In this document: positions 1 through 10,763 of the stretch, piece after piece
Layout: each line of letters opens with the position of its first letter
Position numbering within the stretch: the stretch's first letter is position 1
Translations under genes and position numbers: made by a program
The notes under the pieces: model-generated
The model's database searches: none
Told to the model about the DNA's origin: nothing
The model's input: only the letters and a program-made list of their open reading frames with translations
Source of the DNA: Nitrospira sp.
GTDB taxonomy: Bacteria > Nitrospirota > Nitrospiria > Nitrospirales > Nitrospiraceae
Length of the DNA stretch: 64,000 nucleotides
Direction of reading: 5' to 3'
Assembly: GCA_047150005.1 (NCBI GenBank)
Contig: AP038806.1
Location: 1,344,001-1,408,000 of the forward strand

Positions 1-232
1 TCTCCTGGTTTCTTATTTTTCTTCCAAAAATGCACATCCCAGTCGAGAATGATCGGAGGGCCATCAGGGTCAGCACGGAGTCGACATCCCCTTGCAGGGC
101 CTCTCTCGGAAACAGGTTCCCGAGAGGACACTGGTCCCTGAAGGTTGTGTCACGAGAAGGCTTGTGGTAGCGTCAAGCCCTTATTGCTCCGTGAATGCCC
201 ATGATGGGATTTGGGTCAATTGCGAGAGACCG

Positions 233-1834
233 ATGCGCATTCGGGCTTTTTCATGGTTCATGGTCTTGCGAGGAGCCATTGCGCTCGCCCTGTTACTGGT
301 GTGCGAGACCTCCCTGCCGCCTATCGCCAACGGAGAAACCGCGCCGCCCTCCCCCGGTCGAGTCAGTCTTGACTTCAATGAAGTGGAACTGCCCGTCTTC
401 GTGCGGTTTATCAGCGAACTGACGGGGAAGAACTTCGTTCTCGACGATAATGTGAAGAAGGCCGGCGGAAAGATCACCGTCTTTTCCCCGACCAAGGTCA
501 ACCAGGAGCAGGCCTATAACCTCTTTGTTTCGGCGCTGGAAGTGAGTCGGTTGGCGGTCGTTCCGAAAGGCTCCGTCTATCAGATCGTCCCGATGGGGGA
601 ATTGCCGCCGGAACGAGGGGTCTTCGTGTACAAGTTGAAGCATGCGAACGCGACGGACCTTGCCGCCGTGTTGACGAATCTGGTGGCCCGGTCTCAAACG
701 GTAGCCCAGATCACACCGGGCACCCGACCACCCATCAGGCCGCTGACGGAATTTGAGGCGCCGGTTCAAGTCTTCGCGGACAAGGCGACCAATGCCATAA
801 TCATTAGTTCGACCAAAGCCGCCTACAGCAAGTTGCAGGCTGTCATCCGCGATTTGGATACCCGCCGCAAACAAGTCTTTGTCGAGGCCGTGATCCTTGA
901 GGTCCAGGTCGACCGTCTCAAGCAGATCGGAACCGATCCTGTCCAGTTGATCGGCGTCGGAAAAAGTGGAAACGTCCAGGGTATCGTCGGAGTCAATACG
1001 GCCCCCGAAAACCTTTCCACTATCGCGCAAACCATCCTCGGCCTGGGCGCCGACGCATCGACCGGGGGAGCCTTGTCGGTACTGAACACCGTCAACGTTC
1101 GGGCGTTCCTGCAGTTGCTCATGAACCTCACCGACACGAACATTCTTTCCACGCCGCAGGTCCTGGCCGCGGATAATCAAAAGGCCAAAATTGTGGTCGG
1201 AGAAAATCGGCCCTTCCCCACAGGGCAAGCACAAGGCATCACAGGCGGTACCCTCGTCACGATCGAGCGCAAAGACGTCGGCGTCACGTTGGAGTTGACT
1301 CCCCAGGTGCTCGAAGACGACATGATCCGTTTGGAGATCAAGCAGGAGATCACGGCCATTGCTGAGAACGTCGCCCAGACTATTGGAAGCGGCACCTCGA
1401 GCGTACCCGTCGGACCCACCACCACCAAACGCTCGATGGAAACAACGACGGTGGCCAAAGATCAGCAAACACTGGTGGTCGGAGGATTGGTACGGGACAA
1501 TATCGTCATCAGCGAGCGCAAGATTCCGATGCTCGGCGATATTCCCTATTTGGGCTGGCTGTTCAAATTTCAGGGCCGCGCGACCGAAAAACTCAACTTG
1601 CTGGTCTTTCTGACGCCGACCCTCGTCAGGGACGACGTCGACGTGGTCGATCTGAATGCGAGGAAGGCGACAGAGCTCAGCACATTCCAGCGCGAGAACC
1701 GGATCGAGGAACCCACGAGATTGAAACAGGAAGTTCTGGAGAAACTCGAACGTCAGGGCATACCGACTCGACCGCTCCCCCCATCCTCCACCAGCCCATC
1801 CGGAAGCGCCGCGCCGGCGGCGAGACCGGAGTGA
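233..1834 (+). CDS. gspD: Type II secretion system secretin (GspD-like), short N-domain set
   Basis: N0 domain (VSLDFNEVELPVFVRFISELTGKNFV), an N-domain (YKLKHANATDLAAVL) and secretin core motifs (QVFVEAVILEV, NILSTP, KDVGVTLELTP, KIPMLGDIPYLGWLF). Start moved to ATG 233, ahead of a signal-like hydrophobic stretch. Confidence 0.9.
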   Translation: MRIRAFSWFMVLRGAIALALLLVCETSLPPIANGETAPPSPGRVSLDFNEVELPVFVRFISELTGKNFVLDDNVKKAGGKITVFSPTKVNQEQAYNLFVSALEVSRLAVVPKGSVYQIVPMGELPPERGVFVYKLKHANATDLAAVLTNLVARSQTVAQITPGTRPPIRPLTEFEAPVQVFADKATNAIIISSTKAAYSKLQAVIRDLDTRRKQVFVEAVILEVQVDRLKQIGTDPVQLIGVGKSGNVQGIVGVNTAPENLSTIAQTILGLGADASTGGALSVLNTVNVRAFLQLLMNLTDTNILSTPQVLAADNQKAKIVVGENRPFPTGQAQGITGGTLVTIERKDVGVTLELTPQVLEDDMIRLEIKQEITAIAENVAQTIGSGTSSVPVGPTTTKRSMETTTVAKDQQTLVVGGLVRDNIVISERKIPMLGDIPYLGWLFKFQGRATEKLNLLVFLTPTLVRDDVDVVDLNARKATELSTFQRENRIEEPTRLKQEVLEKLERQGIPTRPLPPSSTSPSGSAAPAARPE

Positions 1835-2005
1835 TGCGCACAGGTCTGCAATTCCGCACGTGAGTCTTCCCCAGTTTCCCGAGCTTTCGATCAACAGGGA
1901 ACCAGGAACATGCCCCTCTCGCAGTCTATCCGCTGACACGCCTTGATTAGACTCTTGAGAAGAGGTAGCTTCCTTCGTTCCATGCGGAAGCAGGAGAAAG
2001 AGGTG

Positions 2006-3088
2006 ATGCGGCTATTTCTCCTCTGGATCGTCGCGATGCTCTTCTGGCCCCAGAACCCCTCAGCATGGGAAAGTCTCGGTCATGAAGTGATTGCCGATGC
2101 CGCGCAAGAGCATCTCTCGCCTGAGACGACGAAGACCATCGCACAGATCCTCGGCCATGGCACGACGCTCCCCCCACATGCCTTGGCAAAAGCCTCGACA
2201 TGGCCGGATCAGATCCGGGATCTCCAACGACACGGGGTCGCTGCGTCCAAACTGACCGAGCACGAGTTGAAAGAAGCTCAGGCGTTCAATACAGCCTTTC
2301 CCGACCATGCCCAGTGGCATTTCGTGAATCTGCCGCTGGGAAGTGCGCACTATCCCGACGACGCGGATCTCGACGATCTCCTCACACCGTTTACAAATCC
2401 TCATGACATCGTGCAGATGCTCAATGTGTGCATTGAAACGCTCGAAACCGTCGGCGACGTAACCCCCTGGACAAAGGCCCAGGCGCTTCGGTGGCTCATT
2501 CATCTCGTAGGGGACGTCCATCAGCCCCTGCATGTCACAACTGGTTACTATCGGACCACGCACCAGGATCTGCCGAATCCGGTCCTGATTGAACATCCTC
2601 ACGATGCCGGTCAGGTTGGCGTACTGGGCGATCGCGGCGGGAACGATTTGCTATTCAGTGACTCAGCGAGGGATAACCTGCATGCGTTGTGGGATAGCTG
2701 CCTCGTCAAAGCCTTGGCCGGGATACGTGCGTGTGGAAAGACGCCCGCCCCTGAGGACGTCGCACGACTCGGTTACCTCATTGCCCAACGCATGACGCTG
2801 GCCTCCGCGTCGGACTATCGTTCATCGGGTGAGCATTTCAGCTGGGGAGCGCACTGGGCAACGGATTCACTCAAAACGGCACGCGCGTCGAAGGCCTATG
2901 AGTTTGTCCGGCGAAATGGGATTGTGCGGGATAGTCAACGCGCAGACGCGTCGATCCGTATGACGATTGACGCTCCCCCCACGAAAGCCGAATACAGCAC
3001 GAGCCATGAGCCCGTCGTCGCGGCACAATTGACGAAGGCAGCCGTTCGACTCGCCGACCTGTTGAATCACCTGGCCTGGAAACCATAG
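2006..3088 (+). CDS. Secreted S1/P1 nuclease
   Basis: Signal peptide followed by WESLGH, ASTWPD, WHFVN, HLVGDVHQPLH, DRGGN and NLHALWD, the zinc-ligand motifs of the S1/P1 family. Purine-rich RBS before ATG 2006. Confidence 0.9.
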   Translation: MRLFLLWIVAMLFWPQNPSAWESLGHEVIADAAQEHLSPETTKTIAQILGHGTTLPPHALAKASTWPDQIRDLQRHGVAASKLTEHELKEAQAFNTAFPDHAQWHFVNLPLGSAHYPDDADLDDLLTPFTNPHDIVQMLNVCIETLETVGDVTPWTKAQALRWLIHLVGDVHQPLHVTTGYYRTTHQDLPNPVLIEHPHDAGQVGVLGDRGGNDLLFSDSARDNLHALWDSCLVKALAGIRACGKTPAPEDVARLGYLIAQRMTLASASDYRSSGEHFSWGAHWATDSLKTARASKAYEFVRRNGIVRDSQRADASIRMTIDAPPTKAEYSTSHEPVVAAQLTKAAVRLADLLNHLAWKP

Positions 3089-3635
3089 GACGACCCTCGA
3101 TGGCCTATGAACACGAGGCCAGCAGCTTGCGCAAGATCAAAGCGGTTAGATGCCGCTGACGCTGCGGAAGAGCATAGCTGTCTACGCGCTGGAGGAATGC
3201 AGACACAGCCTTGGTACAGCGCATGTTCATCATCGATTGGCTTGAATGGACGCGTAATTGGTCGTCGCTCAGTGTACCGGATGTACTCGGTTACTTGCTT
3301 TCTCAGTTCGAGCGCCCATTGTTTTCGGATGGATGCAAGACAGAGAACCAAGGGTTCAAGTCCACAGCCGCGTCGAATAGCGACATGGACGACCGATCCA
3401 TGCCACTTGTAGCCTGCCGAGTCAGGTCATGAGCAAAATATTCGGCATGGTAGATGTAAGCATTTGAAGCAGAAGGATGCCCCTTTCCCCAAGCAATGGC
3501 AACTGCCTGGAACTTGGATAAACCTCCTAAAAAGAGATTCGAGAAACAGTCCAAACAAGCTATATACGACGGAGCTTGTGTGCACATCTGGGCTTCCTAG
3601 ACTTATTGATTGAGGGATCGGATGCCTACAACAAG

Positions 3636-5564
3636 ATGAGACTCGAATCAGTACGCATTAAGAATCTCCGATCCTTTGCCGATGTCACCGTCCCTTTCAA
3701 TGACTACACTTGCCTAGTGGGGCCAAATGGCTCTGGCAAATCGACCATCTTGTGCGCCCTCAACGTCTTTTTTCGTGAAACCGAGAACTCCGGCACTGAC
3801 CTGAGTCAGCTCGATCGTGAGGATTTTCATCAAAAGAATACCGCTGAACCAATAGAGATTACTGTCACATTCACAGACTTACGCCCTGAAGCCCAGCAGG
3901 ACTTTTCCAATTACTATCGTCAGGGAAAGCTCATCATTTCCGCAGTTGCTACTTTCAATGATGCCACCGGAAAAGCCGAGGTTAGACAGTACGGCCAGCG
4001 GCTCGCCATGCCGGGGTTCAAAGAATTTTTCCGAGCCGTTGGTGATAACAAGAAGGTCTCTGAACTAAAGACTCTTTATACTGAGATCCAGAAACACTTT
4101 GGCGATCTTCCAACCCCAGGCACGAAGGACGCCATGATCGAGGCTCTCCGCAAGTATGAAACCGATCACCCCGATCAATGCGAATTGATCGCGAGCGAAG
4201 ATCAGTTTTATGGGGTCTCCAAGGGTGCTAACCGTCTTGCACAATACATTCAGTGGGTTTACGTCCCCGCAGTCAAAGATGCAGCCACGGAACAGCTTGA
4301 GGCCAGAGACACAGCCCTCGGCAAACTGCTGGCGCGTACCGTTCGGGCGAAGACAAATTTTGAAGAGGCCGTCAAAGCTCTTCGCACTGGGATGCAGGAA
4401 CAATATCAACAGCTTCTCGATAAGAATCAGGAGGTTTTGAAGGAACTCTCAGATTCACTCCAGATCCGCTTAACCGAGTGGGCACACCCAGAAGCCACTT
4501 TGAAGCTTGAGTGGCGTCAAGATCCTGATAAATCTGTGCGGGTCGAAGAGCCATTAGCAAGAATCATCGCAGGAGAGGGCAATTTCGAGGGTGAACTCCC
4601 CAGATTCGGGCATGGCCTTCAGAGGTCCTACCTCCTTGCTTTGTTGCATGAACTCGCTAGTAGCGATGACAAGGCCACTCCGCGGCTTATTTTAGGGTGC
4701 GAAGAACCTGAGCTCTATCAACATCCCCCTCAGGCCAGACATCTAGCCACCGTCCTCCAAGACCTCAGTAAAGCCAACTCACAGGTTATTGTTTCGACCC
4801 ATAGTCCATTATTCGTCTCCGGCGAGGGATTTGAAGATGTCCGCATGGTCAGAAAAGATGCCATTCTAAAGCACTCGACAGTCACATATATGTCCTACAA
4901 AGACATAGCCGATGCCGTTGCAGCCGCCACGGGAGAACCGCCCAGTAAACCTCAGGGTGTTCTGGCAAAGATCCACCAAGCATTACAGCCTTCGCTCAAT
5001 GAGATGTTTTTCACCTCCCGTCTCGTATTGGTCGAGGGTCTTGAAGATGTTGCTTATCTGAGTTCCTACCTTCATCTCCTCAATAAATGGGACCAGTACC
5101 GACGCAGCGGTTGTCATATTGTCCCCGTGAATGGCAAGAGTGAGATGTTACGCCCGGTGGTGATTGCCAAACGGATCGGCACTCCAACCTTCGTTGTCTT
5201 TGATTCAGATGCCGATGAGCCGGATCCAGGCAAGAGGGCAAAACATGAGAAAGATAACAAAGCCCTGCTTGCGCTTCTAGGCAAGGCAAACGAAAACCCA
5301 TTACCCACAACCAGCTTGTGGGGCCCTGGGTTTGTCATGTGGCGATCAAATATTGGCTCGCTTGTTAGAGCAGAAATTGGTGCAGCTGAGTGGAGTGCCT
5401 TTCAAGCAGAAGCTGACAAGCAGTACGGCCATGCTGGCGGACTTCGGAAAAATACACTGCATATCGGGTTTTGTCTTGCCCAAGCTTGGGAATCAGGCAA
5501 AAGGTCGCCGAGTCTCGAACGCCTGTGTAATGAGATTTTGAATCCAGCCGTCAGTGTACAGTGA
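3636..5564 (+). CDS. OLD-family ATP-dependent endonuclease (ABC ATPase + TOPRIM)
   Basis: MRLESVRIKNLRSF start, Walker A GPNGSGKS, signature-like GHGLQR, Walker B EEPELYQHP, STHSP switch, TOPRIM VEGLED and DSD. Confidence 0.9.
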   Translation: MRLESVRIKNLRSFADVTVPFNDYTCLVGPNGSGKSTILCALNVFFRETENSGTDLSQLDREDFHQKNTAEPIEITVTFTDLRPEAQQDFSNYYRQGKLIISAVATFNDATGKAEVRQYGQRLAMPGFKEFFRAVGDNKKVSELKTLYTEIQKHFGDLPTPGTKDAMIEALRKYETDHPDQCELIASEDQFYGVSKGANRLAQYIQWVYVPAVKDAATEQLEARDTALGKLLARTVRAKTNFEEAVKALRTGMQEQYQQLLDKNQEVLKELSDSLQIRLTEWAHPEATLKLEWRQDPDKSVRVEEPLARIIAGEGNFEGELPRFGHGLQRSYLLALLHELASSDDKATPRLILGCEEPELYQHPPQARHLATVLQDLSKANSQVIVSTHSPLFVSGEGFEDVRMVRKDAILKHSTVTYMSYKDIADAVAAATGEPPSKPQGVLAKIHQALQPSLNEMFFTSRLVLVEGLEDVAYLSSYLHLLNKWDQYRRSGCHIVPVNGKSEMLRPVVIAKRIGTPTFVVFDSDADEPDPGKRAKHEKDNKALLALLGKANENPLPTTSLWGPGFVMWRSNIGSLVRAEIGAAEWSAFQAEADKQYGHAGGLRKNTLHIGFCLAQAWESGKRSPSLERLCNEILNPAVSVQ

Positions 5565-5606
5565 CAACCGTGTTTCCGGGGAAATGGCCAACTGAGAAGA
5601 CACAAT

Positions 5607-6848
5607 ATGCGGGTCATCCACACTTCCGATTGGCATCTTGGCCAGGAACTGCATGGTTTCGACCGTCGCGTCGAACATGACTCGTTTCTCGACTGGCTAG
5701 CCAACCAACTGATCGAACAAAAGGCTGACGCACTCATCATCACGGGCGACGTTTACGACACAGTCAATCCGCCTATCCCCGCTCAACAGCGCCTGTATCG
5801 ATTCTTACGGCGAGTAATAACCGAAAGTCCTCACCTTCAAATAGTGCTCATCGGCGGCAATCATGATTCAGCTGCACGACTTGAGCTGCCGAAACACCTT
5901 CTTGATGCTAGCCGAGTCCACCTCATCGGGGGAATGCCTCGGCATAATAGTCAACCGGTTGTAGGACAGACCCTGCTTGAACTACGGGACGCGACCGGAA
6001 CGCCCCGAGCTGTGTGCGCTGCCGTCCCCTACCTCCGCCCCGGAGATCTTCCCACAGTCGCCAGTGGTGAACGCCCCCTTCACGCTCTCTACCAGCAAGT
6101 TATTGAGGCTGGGCACGTCATGCATGAAGGTCTTCCATTGATCGTCACAGGCCACTTACACATGAGCGGCGGAGCAGTGTCGGAACTGAGCGAACGACGA
6201 ATCGTCATAGGAGGCGAGGAGGCGGTTTCCTCTGATCTTTTCCCAGCAAGTGTCTCCTATGTCGCTTTAGGCCATCTCCACAAACCACAGTCTGTCTCAG
6301 GTCACACGATCATCCGCTATGCCGGATCGCCCTTTCCTATGTCGGTCGCGGAGAGGAACTATCAACACAGTATCGTCGTGATCGATTTCGATACGACGGC
6401 TGACCTCACAATAGATTTGGTGCAGACCCCAAGACCCGTCGCCTTCCTTCGGATTCCGGAAGTTGGCGCAGCGCCACTCGACCAAGTCGAGGATGAATTA
6501 CGCAACCTCGAGATCGACGATCCTGGGCAGGATCGTCGACCATTCCTGGAGGTCGCGGTTCGGCTCGATGGAGCTGAGCCAGAGCTTCGGTCACGTATCG
6601 AAGCTGCCTTGGAGGGGAAGCCTGTCCGACTCACCCGCATCATTCGCCAGACCGAAGGACAGGGAGGCACATTAGCCGACAACGTGGAAGGAGATACAGA
6701 GCTCGACGCGCTGGAGCCTGCCCACGTCTTCGCTCGTCGACATGTTGAGGAATACGGAGTCGAGCCGGCGGCGGAACTCAAAAGCGCCTTTGACGAAGTG
6801 CTGACGAGCATCTCATCGTCGGAGAACGATCAGACAGGCGCGACATGA
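5607..6848 (+). CDS. sbcD: SbcD/Mre11-type nuclease subunit
   Basis: Metallophosphoesterase motifs HTSDWHLG, GDVYD, GNHDS, GHLH, YAGSP. Overlaps sbcC by ATGA. Confidence 0.93.
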   Translation: MRVIHTSDWHLGQELHGFDRRVEHDSFLDWLANQLIEQKADALIITGDVYDTVNPPIPAQQRLYRFLRRVITESPHLQIVLIGGNHDSAARLELPKHLLDASRVHLIGGMPRHNSQPVVGQTLLELRDATGTPRAVCAAVPYLRPGDLPTVASGERPLHALYQQVIEAGHVMHEGLPLIVTGHLHMSGGAVSELSERRIVIGGEEAVSSDLFPASVSYVALGHLHKPQSVSGHTIIRYAGSPFPMSVAERNYQHSIVVIDFDTTADLTIDLVQTPRPVAFLRIPEVGAAPLDQVEDELRNLEIDDPGQDRRPFLEVAVRLDGAEPELRSRIEAALEGKPVRLTRIIRQTEGQGGTLADNVEGDTELDALEPAHVFARRHVEEYGVEPAAELKSAFDEVLTSISSSENDQTGAT

Positions 6849-9800
6849 GAATCCTTGCGATCCGAGGCGAAAACCTTGCCAGCCTCTCCGACCCATTCGA
6901 AGTCGACTTCGAGGCAGAGCCAATCCGCAGCTCTGGCATCTTCGTGATTACTGGGCCAACCGGCGCTGGGAAGACAACCCTGCTGGATGCGCTTTGCCTT
7001 GCACTGTTTGACCGGCTCCCTCGCATGGATACAGCAGAGAGTGGAGCATCAATTGGACGGATCGAAGGCGATCTTTCGCAGCAGCTCAAATATGATGACG
7101 TACGCGGGATTCTTCGTCATGGCGCCGGCACGGGCTATGCGGAGGTAGACTTTGTCGCACAGGATGGACAGCGGTACCGATCTCGTTGGGAAGTGAATCG
7201 TGCGCGGGGCAAAGCCAATGGGAAACTTCAGGGTCAGAAGATCACGCTCACGGAGATCAAGTCCGGCGCAATTATCGGTGACAAGAAGACTGATGCGCTT
7301 CAGCAGATTCAAAAGCGAATCGGGCTCAGCTTCGATCAATTTCGACGATCAGTCCTTCTAGCCCAGGGCGACTTTGACACTTTCATAAAGGCCGGCTCAA
7401 AAGACAGAGCCGAACTCCTCGAAAAGATCACAGGGACCCAGATTTACTCTGATATCTCGCGGGCCGCATTCGCCCGAGCCAAACAGGAGCGGGAAGCGCT
7501 ACGAGACCTTGAAACCCAACTCGGTGAGCATCAGCCACTTGGGGATGAAGCAAGAACTGCGGCAGAGCTACGCCTCAAGGAAACTAGGACTGAACGAGAC
7601 CGTATCGAGGCAGCCCGAGTCACTCTCAGGAAATGGGAGGATTGGCACGAGGTTAAATCTCGACTCGACACACGTGTTGTGGAAGGGAATGCGGCGCTGA
7701 CGCAAGCCTTGGCGTTAGATCACAATGCTGAGAGTGATCGGGCCACACTCGCAATGGCAAAGAAGGCATTTGCCCTGCGTGCCGAGATCGAGACAGCAAC
7801 GGCCACCGGAAGGCGGCTGGCAGACGCAGGGAAAGCATTCGCCGAGGCACAGGAAGGTGAACGTACAGCGCTAGAGAAGCGCGATAAAGCAGTTTCGGCG
7901 AGCAACGCTGCCAAGGGTGAACGCGACAAAGAACGAGCCGCCTATGATGCGATAGGCCCTGAGCTCGATAAAGCGCAACGGCTCGACGCCCTGATTGAAT
8001 TAGCCAAGGTTGATTTGGCAGATCTAGCAGACTTCCTAAGAAAGAGCTTCAAGGAGAAAGACACCGCGCACGATGCCGTTACAGAGGTCGAGCGTACACT
8101 CAGGGCGACACGAGACCAGCGTGAAAATGATGGCCGTTGGCTCGAAGAACACAAATCAATCGAGGCACTTTCGGTACGAATGAAAGATGTCGAGAGGGAT
8201 CTATCCGAGCGGCTCACTCTGACATCTAACATTACATCAACCGAGTCAATGATTCGGCAGCTTGCTCTCGATGTGGAAGTTGCCAGAACATCCCGCCGGG
8301 AAAAGGAAAGTGTGGTCGCGGCCCTCCAGGAACAAGACCGTAAACTAGACGAGCAGATTGCCACCCTCCGACAAATTGCTGGCGCAATCGATGCCTCTGC
8401 GGTTGAAGCCAGACGCGATAAGCTTATGCAGGTTCAGGCTGCGTTGGATAATGCGCAGCACGCTTCAGAAGATGCCCGGAAGGCCCATGGGGCAATCATT
8501 ACGGCAAACGATGAGGCAGCCAAGCAGGAAACTCTCATCCATCGCGCTTCCGGGGTCATGACTCAGATAGATGCCGAGTTACCCACGGACCTTGCACGTA
8601 TGGAAGAAGCCCGGCGCAGCCTTGCTCTTTCCGAAGCGGCGGGAACGGAGGCAGCAGAGCATCTTCGACTCAAACTGGAAGAGGGACAACCATGTCCAGT
8701 CTGCGGAGCAACGGAACACCCCGTCGCCGACGTTGATCGACTCCTTAAGGCTCGAGTACTGGCCGATCATAGTCGCGTCGCCGAGTTGGAAACGAAGGTG
8801 TCATCCGCTCAGGCTAACCGTACCCGCTCAGAGACACAGATCGCTGCGGCAAAGGATGCACTAGAAGGAGTCCTGCGGCGGAGATCGACTCAAGAGAAAG
8901 AATTGCGGGTTGCACTCGACAAATGGCAGGCATCAGTTGCTTCTGCATCGACCTATTGTGGCGAGATTGGAGTTTCCGTCCCAACCTTCCCCGAGGATGC
9001 CATTGGCGCAGAAAGTGTAGCGGCCATCAACTCCGCTCGAGGGACAGTGGAGAAGCTGCTGAGTGATGCCAGGGAGATCATTAAGCGTGCGTCCGACGCT
9101 GAAGCTCAAATCCGAACAGTCTCCGATGATCGTGAGAACGTTCGCGCTCGCCTATTAACCGCAAATGCAGACATTGTGAAGCTCACGGATGAAGAACATG
9201 ACAAAGTCAGTAAGGCGGGGATGCTCCAAGCGACTCTTCAAGGAACGAAGCAGAATCTAGTCTCCCTCTATTCCCGTCTCGACACAGCGCTCGCCCTGGT
9301 GTTTCCCAACTGGCAGAATCAAATTACCAGCACCGATGAACCATTCGTAGAGATCTGCAGCAATCTTGTCAACGACTGGCATATATGTCGTAGACGGCAT
9401 GAGATGACCGCTGCCGATATTTCCCGCGTTGAGGCAGATCTGGAGGGAAAGCGGGCAACGCTCAAGGGGCTGGAGACCGCCATCGAGGAAACCCAGAAAC
9501 GACATGCAGACAAGAAAGATGAGCTCAACGGGCACAATAGTGAGCGCATCCTGGTTATCAAAGGACGGCCCGTCGGAGAGGTTCGGACTGAATACAGAAA
9601 GCGGTCGGAAGCCACAGAAAAACTCTGGAACGAAGCCGAGCATAAGAAATCCATGGCCGAGCAGATTGCTGCTGGGATGTCGTCAAATGCCCTTGCCGCT
9701 CGTAAGACCGCTGAGGCAGCAAGAATCGACCATGAATCGGCAGAGGCTTTGCTCACAGAAAAGCTCCTGGCCAATAACATCAGTAGGTCGCAAGCCGAAT

Positions 9801-10618
9801 CCGCAATCACCAAAGGTGAGGCATGGGTTGTAGCGGAACAGGTTCGTCTCGATACCCTTCGAGAAGCCGTCGCGGCCGCAAGGGCAACTCTCCTTGAGAG
9901 ACAACAGTCTGCTAAGGAGCACGAAGCCGCTGATCACCCGACACAAACTCGAGAAGAAATCGCCACGGCCCTCAAGGAGATAGAGGCGCAGCACACCAAG
10001 GCATCAGAGGCATATGTCGAAGCAAGCTCGGTTCTCCTGAGTGACGACCAAGCGCGTTCAAGAACAGGGAAAATCAAAGCCGCTCTTCATGAGCGACAAC
10101 AGCAGGCACGTGTATGGGGACAGCTTGACGATCTCATCGGTTCAGCTGACGGCACCAAGTTTCGGCGATTCGCTCAATCTCTGACATTAAATCATCTCAT
10201 TCGTTTGGCGAACCAGCACCTGAATAATTTACACCCTCGATATGAGCTACAACGAGCACCAGGCAGCGATCTTGTACTACAGGTCATCGATCGCAACATG
10301 GCTGATGAGGTCCGCGGTGTTCATAACCTTTCGGGCGGTGAAAGATTTCTGGTTAGCCTTTCTCTAGCACTCGGGCTCGCCAGCATGTCGTCGAATCGCG
10401 GGATTAAGGTTGAGAGCTTGTTTATCGACGAAGGATTTGGTGCACTCGATAGCAATAGCCTGGCAATGGCGGTCTCTGTCCTAGAACAACTTCAAGCAAC
10501 AGGTCGCCAAGTCGGTGTGATTAGCCATGTCGAGGAGATGAAAGAACGAATCGCTGTAAAGGTGGAGGTGACCCCGGTCGGCAGCGGCAGAAGCACCATC
10601 CAAGTTGTAACCGCCTGA
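6845..10618 (+). CDS. sbcC: SbcC/Rad50-type SMC-like ATPase
   Basis: Walker A GPTGAGKT, Q-loop LAQGDF, long coiled coils with zinc hook CPVCG, signature LSGGE, Walker B FIDEGFG, ISH. Confidence 0.93.
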   Translation: MRILAIRGENLASLSDPFEVDFEAEPIRSSGIFVITGPTGAGKTTLLDALCLALFDRLPRMDTAESGASIGRIEGDLSQQLKYDDVRGILRHGAGTGYAEVDFVAQDGQRYRSRWEVNRARGKANGKLQGQKITLTEIKSGAIIGDKKTDALQQIQKRIGLSFDQFRRSVLLAQGDFDTFIKAGSKDRAELLEKITGTQIYSDISRAAFARAKQEREALRDLETQLGEHQPLGDEARTAAELRLKETRTERDRIEAARVTLRKWEDWHEVKSRLDTRVVEGNAALTQALALDHNAESDRATLAMAKKAFALRAEIETATATGRRLADAGKAFAEAQEGERTALEKRDKAVSASNAAKGERDKERAAYDAIGPELDKAQRLDALIELAKVDLADLADFLRKSFKEKDTAHDAVTEVERTLRATRDQRENDGRWLEEHKSIEALSVRMKDVERDLSERLTLTSNITSTESMIRQLALDVEVARTSRREKESVVAALQEQDRKLDEQIATLRQIAGAIDASAVEARRDKLMQVQAALDNAQHASEDARKAHGAIITANDEAAKQETLIHRASGVMTQIDAELPTDLARMEEARRSLALSEAAGTEAAEHLRLKLEEGQPCPVCGATEHPVADVDRLLKARVLADHSRVAELETKVSSAQANRTRSETQIAAAKDALEGVLRRRSTQEKELRVALDKWQASVASASTYCGEIGVSVPTFPEDAIGAESVAAINSARGTVEKLLSDAREIIKRASDAEAQIRTVSDDRENVRARLLTANADIVKLTDEEHDKVSKAGMLQATLQGTKQNLVSLYSRLDTALALVFPNWQNQITSTDEPFVEICSNLVNDWHICRRRHEMTAADISRVEADLEGKRATLKGLETAIEETQKRHADKKDELNGHNSERILVIKGRPVGEVRTEYRKRSEATEKLWNEAEHKKSMAEQIAAGMSSNALAARKTAEAARIDHESAEALLTEKLLANNISRSQAESAITKGEAWVVAEQVRLDTLREAVAAARATLLERQQSAKEHEAADHPTQTREEIATALKEIEAQHTKASEAYVEASSVLLSDDQARSRTGKIKAALHERQQQARVWGQLDDLIGSADGTKFRRFAQSLTLNHLIRLANQHLNNLHPRYELQRAPGSDLVLQVIDRNMADEVRGVHNLSGGERFLVSLSLALGLASMSSNRGIKVESLFIDEGFGALDSNSLAMAVSVLEQLQATGRQVGVISHVEEMKERIAVKVEVTPVGSGRSTIQVVTA

Positions 10619-10763
10619 TCGTTTTGTTTCCGTGCGTAAGACCTGTAGCGGCTATAAGTGGCCAAAAAATCATCCGAATGTTAGCCATGATAGTTGACTC
10701 GATACCAGTGCAAGAAAGTAAGAGCGGGTCAAAAATGGTGAGAATGGTTATGAGAAGAAGGTT

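Larger units (their letters stand above)
3089..10763. mobile_element. Putative tRNA-His-associated genomic islet (no integrase seen; left boundary uncertain)
   Basis: Visibly more A/T-rich codons than the flanks, nuclease cargo, and directly downstream of the tRNA-His 3' end. No att duplication found by eye. Confidence 0.45.

Noticed and set aside
3067..3587. Several short overlapping ORFs between the S1/P1 and OLD genes
   Set aside because: No recognisable motifs or RBS; treated as non-coding or decayed.
3636..5564. Gabija or retron system
   Set aside because: No UvrD-like GajB, RT or msr/msd next to the OLD gene.
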